Positions 52,561 through 64,000 of a stretch of 64,000 nucleotides of DNA are shown in pieces (the first letter of the stretch is position 1; the number at the start of each line of letters is the position of its first letter). Origin of the DNA: Octopus vulgaris (taxonomy: Eukaryota). The notes under the pieces are model-generated. The model searched no databases. It worked only from the letters and a program-made list of their open reading frames with translations, and had not been told where the DNA came from. The stretch lies in the NCBI GenBank assembly GCA_951406725.2, contig OX597815.1, positions 89,156,001 to 89,220,000 on the forward strand, given 5' to 3'. Made by a program: the position numbers and the translations under genes.

Positions 52561-54642
52561 TCACACACATATATATGTGCATACACTCGCATATATGTAT
52601 ATACTCATACCCACACCTCCACCATTTTGCTTTGATTTTTATCAGAGCAGTTTGGTGCTGACAGCTATCCACATCACCCACTTTGATCTAGTAGAATACT
52701 GGCATTGTCGCGCTATATACGTACTTGCCTCATTAATTTTGTCTGAGAAGTTTTATAAGAATTTTATTTTCACAATTAGTAATAGCCATAATTAAAAGAA
52801 CTCTTTGCTAAGTTTATAATTCAAAACTAAAAACTATCATAATATTGCAAGAAAATATATCATTAAATATAAATAAATTATAATCAATGTTTGCTATATT
52901 TTCATACAACTCGCAGGTATATATATGTCATCCATCTTTCTTTCTTCCACTTCCTTCCTAAAGACAAGACGTGCTTTTATCTGTCTCTTCTTAAAGCTCG
53001 TTTTTCCAGCGCTCACCACTTCACATCCTCTTGGCTTAACTGCCCTCACCGTTTGTTTTTACTGTTTTGTTCTCACTGTCCTGTTTTTGTTACCACTTTC
53101 ACTCTCCGCAAAAATTCCCAAATTTTATTTATTTTGCTTTGCGGGAAGGACTGTTTTAACGAAGTCGCGTCTTGTCCCTACCTTCGTAAACGCGGAGTAG
53201 ATAAAACAGGGGACAACTGATGAAAGCAATGTTCTTTATGTTTCCTGTTTCGTTTCTGTTTGTTTCTTTCGTTGTTCGAAAAAAGTTTGATTTCTATGTT
53301 TTTGTTTTGCATGTTCGCGTTTCTCATTTTGTCTACGTCTTTTTGATGTCTTGTACCCATATATGTATGTATATATACATATATATGCAGGTATGTACAT
53401 ATATTATGTATATATGCATATATTTGTATATTATTTATACATATATGTATGTATATACCATACACACATATATATATATATATAGTAGGGTATTGATTTA
53501 TATATAAATTTCGTTAACCCGATATTCTTTCTACATTTTTCGTTGTAACACACACAGAAGCACACGTGAGCGCGCGCTCATACACATGCACGTGCATGCC
53601 CCTCCAAAAAAAAAACACGCACATACATACACACCCATATTACACATACACATGTATGTATGTACATATGTATAAACAAAGACAGACAGACATACACACA
53701 CAAATACACTCAAACACTCATATTCCATCCGACCTAAGAAATAAGTTTATTGTCGCCAGCTACAAAAATGAAATCGAAATGTAATGCCGGCTGCGTGTAC
53801 GCTAAATTCATTCCCAGCTTAATCCATAGGCTTAAACAAACTTACTTGAGATTCCAAATGGCTTCCGACTATCAATACAAAATGCAGATATGATATACAA
53901 TGCTTTCCACTTAAAAGCAACGTGCTGTGACAAACATTATTCTCTCGACGTAGCCTTTAAAAGACTTCAACAATGACATCGACATTACCTCTCATGAGTT
54001 ATTTGGAAGATGCTTGACGCTTACGGATGTACTGCAATGTAAATAACAATCGTAAGACTTATCCAAAGTAATATTATAGCCACGTTCCTTACAAATGGAT
54101 GTCCAGTAGATACTCTTGAGTTAATCGCAAACCAACTAGGAATATATCATTGTCACAACGCTTTACAATTCATCGCATATATCTCACGCATAATATACAA
54201 CAAATATTGGGTTGATAGAAGTCTCTAGCTCTGTTATTTTTATGACGGCAAACAAAACGCCTCTGACAACTGTAACTGCCTTCGTTGTTTTCGATCAAGA
54301 CTCAATACAAAGTTGCTCAGTCGAATCGCTTGCACGAGCTTTCTGTTCGTAGCATTGTCAAAATTGGAGAAATTTACGGGAACAGTGTTAGCGCCCAAAA
54401 TGTTAAAGCAACTTATATCGAAGAAACAAACACTATAAACAATGTTCAGTGTACAAGATGCACGATTTGAATAGAATACAACTGATTCCATATGCCAACC
54501 GGCTACGGCCAGTTGAGGAACGAGAAACGAAGAAAACGAACAAAAGTAAAGCAATTCAAGAACGTGCTGATATCAAAACTCCATGTCTACGAGATTGGGA
54601 AATAGATAAATGGTTGGTAATAGCAAAGCAGACATTCCTGAG

Positions 54643-54744
<102 letters not shown>

Positions 54745-55933
54745 GCTATTTATCTATTCTTGAATGCGTATATATATCTAGGTAGGTATGTGTGCATGCG
54801 TGGTGTTACGAAGTTATACTTGTCTGTCAAGCGGTGTAATTATGAATCTGCTGAAATTATTGGATTGGTGTATAATTATTGCCGCTTTTTTCACCAAATT
54901 TTATTAAGTTAAAACAATAACAATATTTAGCAAAAACATCTTTAAATGGCGGTCTGACCGTTTTCCAAGCAAATGGGAAGCAGTAATTGAAATAGATGGT
55001 GAATATGCTCCGCAATAATAATTTAAAGATGTTTTTATTGAATATAATTCGTTGAAAAAGAGCCGCAATAATTATGCACCAACCCAATACATTATAGAAA
55101 CTCCAGTGACCAAGCCGCAGTCGAGAGACGAAAATTTTAACAAGTGAGCAAAATATGATTTTAAGCTTTGTTTGTTGTATTGCTTGAATTACACTTCCGC
55201 TATATACACGCTATCAATCTCTCTCTTTCTATAACCTACCTCCCCAAAACCTACCTATCTATCTGCCTACCTACTTATCTGTATCACAGATAATACACAA
55301 ACACACGCACCTTCCATACACACACATATACGCATACTATTACTTGTCCCCTCATTTAAGCTATATTTATATAAAATTTCTTTTATGTAAGAGAACGTCT
55401 TGCATATACTTGCTTGTGTTTTATTTGTTTGCCTGTATGCATATATATCAGCAGTACTTATATATGTGTACCTATATACATGAGTATGCGTTGTATATTT
55501 GTGTATATATTTTGAAGATTTAGAAGAAAATAGTTACAAATTTCATTTCCTAAAATTGAAATAATTTTGGTAAATATATCAAAATGTTGTTATTGATTTC
55601 TCTGCAGGAACTTACCATCGACAGTTTGATTCCTATCGTTGCTTATCTTTCCATTAAGAGATATCATCCAAAATTAGAAAATATTGGTCTACGTTTATAT
55701 ACTGTTATTGAATTCCTTTTTCTTTCGATATATTTCCTTGAGAAGATATCTGAAATCTCACATATTTTATCATGTAAGAACAAATATTAATTTCAAAACA
55801 AAGATAATTTTGATTAATAAATAATCTTAGAAAGGACAGTATCTCATCAAGAAGTTTTGATTTAAACTTATATCAAGTAAAATTATATGCCGGATTCATA
55901 AAGTTATTAAATTTCACCTTACCTCACTATTAA

Positions 55934-56200
55934 TGGTGGAGGCGCGTGGTTTAGTGGTTAGGGTGTCAGCATCATGATCGTAAGATTGTGGTTTCAATTC
56001 CTGGATCGGGCGAGGCGTTGTGTTCTTGAGCAAAACACTTCATTTCACGTTCCTCCAGTCCATTCTGTTGGCAAAAATGAGTAACGCTGTGATTGACTGG
56101 CGTCCCGTCCAGCTGAGGAACATATACGCCATTGAAACCAGGAAACCGGGCCCATGAACCTGGCTAGGCTTCAAAAGGGCGCATTTATTTATTATTATTT
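55934..56200 (+). mobile_element. Third tRNA-derived SINE family, full length
   Basis: A-box gtggtttagtgg, B-box ggtttcaattcc, CORE-like tcttgagcaaaacactt, gactggcgtcccgtccag block, (tta)n tail. Confidence 0.8.
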
Positions 56201-57374
56201 CACTATTAATGATTTTTATTTTGGTGCTCTGGTTTGTCACTTTTCATCTCTGGTGTGGCAAACCCATGATCAAAGCGTTCTAAACATCCTCGTTTTAGTC
56301 AAAGTGTCTAATACTGCATTATCTTTTATTCTGTTCTTAAATGTAAAGTTTTAATATGAGAGTAATCTGGTTGTTACTCATATTGTTAGTTTGAAACATT
56401 ATCTGCAATTTTTCTGGAACAAGTGAATAGCAAAATAGATTCAATGTGAAAAATTTCATTAATATACTAAATTTGAAAACTGTGACAGCAACAGAAAAGA
56501 TACTACTTTTATGTGTTCTCTATCATTCGATGCGATTAACCAGAACCTAGATTTTATCATATACTGACAACGAACCTGTCATTTTCCCTCTCCATTTGGT
56601 GTAGGAAATTAAGGAGAATCAAAGGTATATACTAAATAAGGGCATCAAAGGCACCGAAAATTTAGTCTATAAAGATCTCTCTAGTTTGAGGTATATGTAA
56701 TTCCGCAATATGTAATAAATTAAAATCTGTTGTGATTTCTTGTATATTTAAAACGATATTAGTATATCTGCAATTCTCATCTATTAGTGATAAATTGTAA
56801 ATTGCATAGATTTTAATCTACTCGTAAATACAAAGCTGTTGAGATATACTGTTAAAAAATGATACTATCCGTTCTGAGGAAGGATAGCTGATATTTCTAA
56901 GTTTCCAAGAACAACATATTTTATCACGCAATTGGATATACAGCTAGCAATAATGTTAAAATATACCTAAAACAATTATGTAATAGTCAAATTTTAGTCT
57001 TTCTTTTCACACGAAACATTTATGCAACTTGCTAATATGTGCGCGCGTTTGTGTGTACTTCAATATATATCTATTCATGCTGTTGTTGATTGATTCAGTA
57101 GCTCAGTAAATGTAAGCATATGAATAATTACTAAAGAGACGAAGGATACGCTCTGTATAATATCAAAACTGTATGTTCGGCGTACTTATTCAAGAAATTT
57201 TAAATAAAATTAATCCCAAATAAAGAATGAAATTTTCATTAGCTTAATGTTTATTGCTACCCAGAGAAAAGCAAGGCTGACAACCCCGAAATTCTAATTA
57301 ATTATAATGTATTATTAGAAGAGAATGTGGGCAAAGAATGCGATGGGTCGTTTGGTAGTACGTCATTTTATAAC

Positions 57375-57415
<41 letters not shown>

Positions 57416-58640
57416 AACTGATGATAATCATATTTCATCAGTGGAATATCATGCGCCTTCCATTTAACTTGATACACGAGTTATCGTTGAATGATCAGTA
57501 TCATTTGATAGATTATACATTGTTTAGAAAACAACGATAAATTTAGCGTTTCCAAATCACCGACCAAGAAAAAAAATTAAACTAGGAAGTATTGATACTT
57601 AATTATAAAATTACAACAAATAAAATGTATGATATACATGGAATATCTTATTGCTAAAATATGTAGTCTATTATATCAAGATGTTATCTTTCTCAATAAA
57701 TGGGTTTAGAACACTATAAAATTTGTCTAGACTGTCATATTCGATTTGTAAATATAGATAAATGTTTCTCGGAGTAAATTTACAATCTCTTGGAATTATT
57801 AATATCGTCACAGTTTCAACAGTTATTCGACTTTCTGTTGTATCATGAGGTAAACAGCCGTGCGGTTCAGAGGTGCGTGCAGCATTGTATTTCAAAACGT
57901 ATACTTGTGTTAGCCTATGGCACCAATTTTGCATCAGTTAGTTGTTTCTGGTGGTATTTTTGCTTTATGGATTACACATCTGTTGCTCAGTGCATATGGA
58001 ATGTGAGATCTATTGTTTTGTTGGGCGAGCGTATGTGAATTGCGCATGAATTCTGCTTGCGAGCGACTAGATAGAATGTGTAATATGTGCGTTGTGTCGT
58101 ACTACTAATGAGTAGAAACTACAAACATGTGGATTCTTTCACAATGTAGGGGTATGGATTATACCAGCAAAAAGGTTTTGGTATTATTGTAGTGGCGACC
58201 GTATAGAGTATAGTTGTGTTATAATGTTCAGTAGTAACTACTTAGATGATGTGTTTTGTGAGCTGTGAAATCTTATGTCATAGTTATTTTGTAAAATGTA
58301 TGTTGTATGCCTAATGTATACTGTTTCAGAGACTGAATTAAAAGTCGCATGAAATGGGTAGTGAACAAGGAGTGATATCTTTTATATATGTAACGTCGTA
58401 AAGCCTGTTATGGTTTGTATGAATTGGGTCGTATTTTATTGTTTCATATGTAGTGCTCCCTGTATTATTGGTATTTTTCAGCTCTAAGGTACTACATCCT
58501 GTTTACTTCAATTTCAGGATTATTGTTGTTAGATTCATCTTTTTGCTACATGCTTATCGGAGAAAATGATGATTTTCAAAGGCCAGTACAACATCCTCAA
58601 AGAAAGAAAAAATAACACAAGACCAGGATAAGTAAATATT

Positions 58641-58765
58641 AGGTACAGACGTGGTTGTGTGGTAAGAATCTTGCTTTCCTGCTACATGGTTCCGGGTTCA
58701 GTTCTTCTGTGTGGCAATTTGGGCAATTGTCTTCTATTCTAGCCTCGGGCCGACCAATACTTTGT
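58641..58765 (+). mobile_element. SINE family B-related 5' fragment
   Basis: gtggttgtgtggtaag...catggttccgggttcagt...ttgggcaattgtcttcta. Confidence 0.75.
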
Positions 58766-60899
58766 CAAATGATTGAAGCAAGTAAAAGAATCTCGCCATT
58801 ATTTTTGTTTCTCCTAATATGGCAACACCGAGAATAGGCAGCTTATATGAAGTTGACATGTAGTCAGTGTAGAAGAAAAGACGCGCGTTTCGCAATCTTG
58901 GAAATTCAACAAGACCAGGATTTCCGAGCCATGATTGCACCCCGCTCCTTCTCGACGTCTACTAATTATAATCCGTATTCGGTAGGGACGAATATCGTGG
59001 TGTAACAGTGCCACAGTTTGTTTCTTTCGTTGTTCCAAAAAAAATTCGTTTTCTATGATTTTGTTTTTTTATGTTCTCGTTTCTCATTTTTGGATTTATA
59101 GTTCTGTGGAGATTTCATTGGTTCATGAGATAATGTAGTTGCCGCAAATGAGATCAGCACCGAGGATGACGACTTGTAGCTTTTTTTACATCTCGATAAG
59201 AGTCGGAAAGACGGATTTCCTTACTTAGCTATTTTGTAAAAATGGAGGGTCGGATGGGGAAATATTCTTGATATAAGAAAATAAAATAATTGTCAGGGAC
59301 AGAAGACATTTGTTCATATAGCAGCTTGATTGAGCTGACCTGGGACTAAAAAATAACAACGAGACTATCCTGAAAAGTAAAAATAAAAGACCAGTTAGAC
59401 AAATATATCAACGATTGTAGGCAGTACAGTAAAAATGGATCTCGATAAACTGCAAGAACAACGGGCATCCCGCACAGGAACATGTGTAGAGATTTAGTTA
59501 GTATTAAGTATTCTCTAGTTTTAAGCCTTAATATCTAAGTATTCAAATGTTGGACAGACTATAAGTTTGAAGTGAATTCAATCCGTAGCATGCATTCGAC
59601 ACTCCTTTCGGACGGCATATTGTCCTTTCTAAAACAATGATATAGCTTGAATATTTTCTTACTTCCTAAATTAATGCAAAGTCTTTATTCCCTGCAAAAG
59701 GAAAAATTTCCCATTTTTTGACAGTAGCTTAATAATATTACTCGGTGACACCTGAAAAAGGACTAATTGCCATTTCAGACTGGAAACATGTCAATTGACT
59801 TAACCCAATTAATGATCCTACATGTTGCAATCTTAAAACTCGTATGGGAAAGCTAATTTGTATTGAAATTTGTTTTCTGCTACACTATTTATTTGTGGCT
59901 GTGGTAAAGACATCAATTTTCTGAAAAGTGTGTGGCTGTTCTAACACTAAATATAAAGCTATAGCATAAATTTACAACGAATGTTGTAGTGTATACATGT
60001 AATGCATAGATCTATGAGCATGTTTTCTTCAGCAGACTAACAGAAAGTTTTCTTCAATATTACTAAAATAACGTTGTTTGTATGCAAGTATGTGCTTGTG
60101 TATGCGCATGTTAGCATTAATGCATGTGTATGCACGTGAGTGCGCGTGTAAGCATTAATGTAGGCAGTATACTAGGACTGACCTGAATTTCAGAGGTGCT
60201 TCTTTTCCCTTTGAAGTGTATTTTGGACGGCAAGTCTCTTTTTCGAATACAAATAGCGTCGTATATAAAATGAAAACGGAGATTTGTCGGGTTTTGAATC
60301 CCGAGGAATGCAAAAGCAATTAGTTTATGCCAACGAAGAGACTCTTGTATAAAAAGGAAAACAAGGAGTACTTAAAATATAGCTTAACAATACAAATCAG
60401 GGGAGTTCTTATTATAGGAAGTGAAATATGAGAAATAGAGTTAAATAAAGCAGTATCAAAATGAAACCTTAGAGGTATGATGATGAATTTGTCGTTAGAT
60501 ACCCGAACGATACCTATGAATTTGGAATTTGTGGTGCACTTAAACTTCGAAAGCTACGTATTTCCACATTGCTGAAGTTCATCGACTACAGCACCGTCAT
60601 GATGAGGACGATTTGGATTTTATGACTGATTTACACACTTTATTACTTCGAAATGCAGCTTCCTCTCATCAGCTCATCTCAGCACTGTTTGATTTGATTT
60701 GTTTTTTTCTCAAACGAGAAAACTTCGACCAAGGTCAAAAATTAACAGAAGAAATGATAGATGCTTATGTGCAGACCCTTCTGAAGTTTCAAGTGTTATG
60801 CATACAAACTTTCCTGCAACTTTCATGGTATTAGGGCTTATCATCAACTTTCATGGTATTAGGGCTTATCATCAATGAAAGACATGTGATGCCTTAGAG

Positions 60900-61382
60900 T
60901 TAACTCTACATTGAGGTTCTGGAATGAATTGTTAAGCCGTGGATAATCAGTGAATGTATGAAGGCGATATGTGCATAAGTAAGATTTTGCTCTATCACAC
61001 ATGGCTCTAGTAACACAAGAATGGATGGCTGAAAATGTTTCATGATCACATAACCCATAACATTTGGCCTCCTAATTCCCCAGATCTCAACCCATTGGAC
61101 TATTACATATGGAGCGTTGTTGAGAGAGAGGTCAATGAACACGCCCATAAGACCAAAGATTCTTTGAAATCTGTCCTAGTCAGAGCAATGTCCAAAATTA
61201 TTTAAATCTCATATAGGAGTTGTTGAAGTTAAAAGTGGCTTTATTGAATAACATTATAGAAAAGAAGGTTTATTTTTATCCTCATAGCATTTTTTTATAA
61301 ATAGAGTTATAATCTGTTATATATCTGTTTTTTTCTTTTATAAACCTAAATATGTCCTCAATTAATTTACACACACCCTGTA
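60900..61382 (+). mobile_element. Tc1/mariner (maT/DD37D-like) transposon, 3' part with right TIR
   Basis: HDHITHNIWPPNSPDLNPLDYYIWSVVEREVN; terminus atttacacacaccctg followed by TA. Confidence 0.8.
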
Positions 61383-61429
61383 TATGATAAAGACACTGTG
61401 ACTAAGCACATTGTTCATTCCTGCGATGT

Positions 61430-62200
61430 AGAAATCAATCTGTTCTATTTGCGATTCGGAGCTTATGTAGAACTCTGTCAATAGGGTACTACAAATACAG
61501 TCGCTGCGTCGAAAATGCCACCAATATCGTATTTATTTGAGATTGTAAGAGAACATTTGAAACAGAGCTGGCTATTATCACCAGCGATGTCGAATAACCA
61601 GGTAGAGGCTGGTTATTTTATCGTTGATTCTTTCTTATCAAGTAACATCCGGATACTTGATATTTTAAAAATGTTTCATTTTAATTTTATATTTTGTTGA
61701 GCATTACTATTTATCTTTTATCACTATTAACAACAACTGACAACTTCGAAAGCGAAAGTAGGTACATCTGTTAAATCAAAAATAACATCGTTATAAAAAG
61801 TCTTTTTAAGGGAGAGATTGTGCATTCTTTTCAATATTTTGAAAAAGAAAGTTGTGCTGAACGGAGAATTTGTAATCCAAATGTGTTCGCTTTTAGATAT
61901 ATTTCGTAAGAGGCTTTTAATGCCTTTGTCAAACTAGCGCCTAAATTTACATTCTTCTAAAAAAGTCATTGAATACCTTGATCAAGTAGTCTTACCATTC
62001 TTCATGTACTTTGAATGACATGCACAAGTATGTTGTTGATGCCAGCATTCATTCCTTAACTTTCTTCATATACATGTCATCCAAAATCATGCACTTTTTC
62101 GATGAAGAATATTCTCGAAAACAAAGTTTATTGGGCACATGATAACCAGGCTGCTATTCAACGAAGACATAACAAATATTGTTCTCAAAGATAAAGATTT
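61430..62200 (-). mobile_element. Possible P-element/THAP9-like transposase relic
   Basis: Across frameshifts, in the expected order: KCMILDDMYMKK, LKRMHN, ASSVSNVL, AATVF..IDRVL. Weak, by eye only. Confidence 0.35.
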
Positions 62201-64000
62201 CTACTTTTTATATACACAGAGAAGGACCTCAAGGTCGTCAAAAATGCTACAACTGGCAATATTTGAAGATCCCTCCATGCACACTCTGTCAGGTAATGGA
62301 ATGAATTCCTAAAATTTTCTAACCTGCACTAATTCTCAAGTGTGACAAACATTACAATGCTGCTCAAATCTCTGTTGCTGTAAATAGAAATATACCATTC
62401 ATGTAATCACTATATAGGGTTGCCTTTGTATATAAGCGACGTAGACTATATAATTACTTTTTGTAATATTTGTTGTATGTGAATGGAATATGAAATTTTC
62501 CCTACTTAAAATTGTGACAATTTTTCTACTCTTCTATAATTTTAATTCCGTTCACCAAATGATCGAACTGTCAAATTAACTTCAAGAAAAGACATCACAC
62601 CAGCAACTATCGAGCCCATCATTAGAAACTTTGTAAGAAATATCAATGAGCATACCTAAGGAATCAAGGAGCTAATTTCAAAGCGTAGTTAATTTTCATT
62701 TTGATTCTGAGAAGTAATGTGTAAATGCCTTTGAAATATCACTTCCTGCTAAAGTTTAAATATTAGAAAGAGTTTATGATATTAACACATTGGTCTTTGT
62801 CTTTATTTCTGAAAAGATTCATTTCAACGCGAAAAATTTATTATCGTTTCTCCCGCAAAATATTTGTCGTAACTCTTGACGCGATGCACTTCTTATAGGG
62901 TGTGAAAATGGTGTTTATATCTATCCATTGATTTCTCAGACTATACTTATACAGTTTTGTTTCAATGTATTCACAAGAATTGACATTTGTTTTCAGTTAA
63001 TTGTGTTTTACAATCATTGGTTTGATCTATTATTTATAATAAACCGTGTCTTTAATGATAGAATAACAAAATAGTTGAATTATGTCCGAAAACACTTCAT
63101 GTAGTTTCATTGTTTTAACCTTAAGAAGTGTATTGACATCAGTCAGAATTTTACATTTCATTTCTTTTTAACAAATATATATGGAACATATCTGTAATGA
63201 ATACCTTGTACAAGTAGAGCTCGCTTTTTGTACTGTATATGAAATAAAGTTTTGATATCTTGGACAAATGAAATCTCTTGGCAATGCAGTTTCTTGCTCT
63301 GCAATAACCTCCCTTGTTAGATAGTTTCCTCCAACTTGTTCAGTTCATTTCGCTGTAAAGTACTTCGTTTGATTTAAATTAAACTTTGAAAGAAGTTATA
63401 ATTATTATATTAGCTTGCAGGGCTTACAATAAGCCATTGTTTAGGTTTATACAATGTTAAGAGTTACTCGTTTCATAATTGATTTTAGTAATAGGTCTTT
63501 AAGGACAAAGATCATAAAAAAATCCCAACATAATGATAATTGGATTGTAGCCAAGGTTCCAATTATAGGCTATGCATATTGGATGTATACCAAAACAATC
63601 TATCCGGTCTTGAAATTCATTTCGCACGAGTAAACACCAGGTGGATATATTACTATACTACTAGGTGTTCGATATTAAGGAATACATTCAAACATATTTC
63701 ATTATAAATATCCAATTTATGTATTTTTGTCATCTGAAATGAGAGAAGATAAACTAGAATGTTATTTTTAGTGCACATAAAAATTTTGTTAGTGTAATCA
63801 TTAGATATCTGAGATTTAATATTTTCTAAATTTGTTTTAGAAAATAATTAGATGTAAAGATTTAAATTTGGTTAGACACTTGTAAAACCTGAATTATGGA
63901 TCCAATTGAAAATCTTATGAGATTTTCCACAGGGAAACGCAAATATCAAAGTAGACGCAGAATATTTTCTTATGAAAGATTCCATTAAATTTAGCTTTCT

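Noticed and set aside
53151-53210. Twister or HDV-like ribozyme reading of the structured element
   Set aside because: Lacks the twister UAA and GGU...AAGC motifs, and has no terminal P2 strand for an HDV fold.
54240-54480. Possible mariner N-terminal fragment
   Set aside because: Similarity too weak by eye; no catalytic motifs or TIR.

Overview
AT-rich, microsatellite-dense eukaryotic DNA. The SINE families and repeat style point to an octopus (coleoid cephalopod) genome; this is an inference. I find no supportable host protein-coding gene. Nearly all listed ORFs are microsatellite or SINE artefacts, so the window looks intronic or intergenic. It is a layered set of decayed transposable elements. 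These include many copies of two tRNA-derived SINE families, relics of CR1-like, Penelope-like and Dong/R4-like retrotransposons, a Ty3/gypsy integrase scrap, and Tc1/mariner, hAT and possibly P-like transposase relics. There is also one end-to-end Chapaev3-like DNA transposon with TIRs and a TTA target duplication. The most interesting signals are as follows. (1) At 25.0-31.4 kb, three copies of a zinc-knuckle ORF1 (gag-like) retroelement all begin at the same junction motif, two directly after a Helentron/DINE-like element and one in tandem. The one complete copy lacks ORF2 and has a 3' tail and covarying stem-loop shared with the dominant SINE. (2) A near-canonical type I hammerhead ribozyme lies on the minus strand at 49449-49539, with several decayed hammerhead-like motifs in other short elements. 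(3) A structured element at about 53150-53230 has the hammerhead strands in a non-circularly permuted order. (4) A foldback at 49048-49394 has ~160-bp arms. All calls come from manual reading, and boundaries of decayed elements are approximate.
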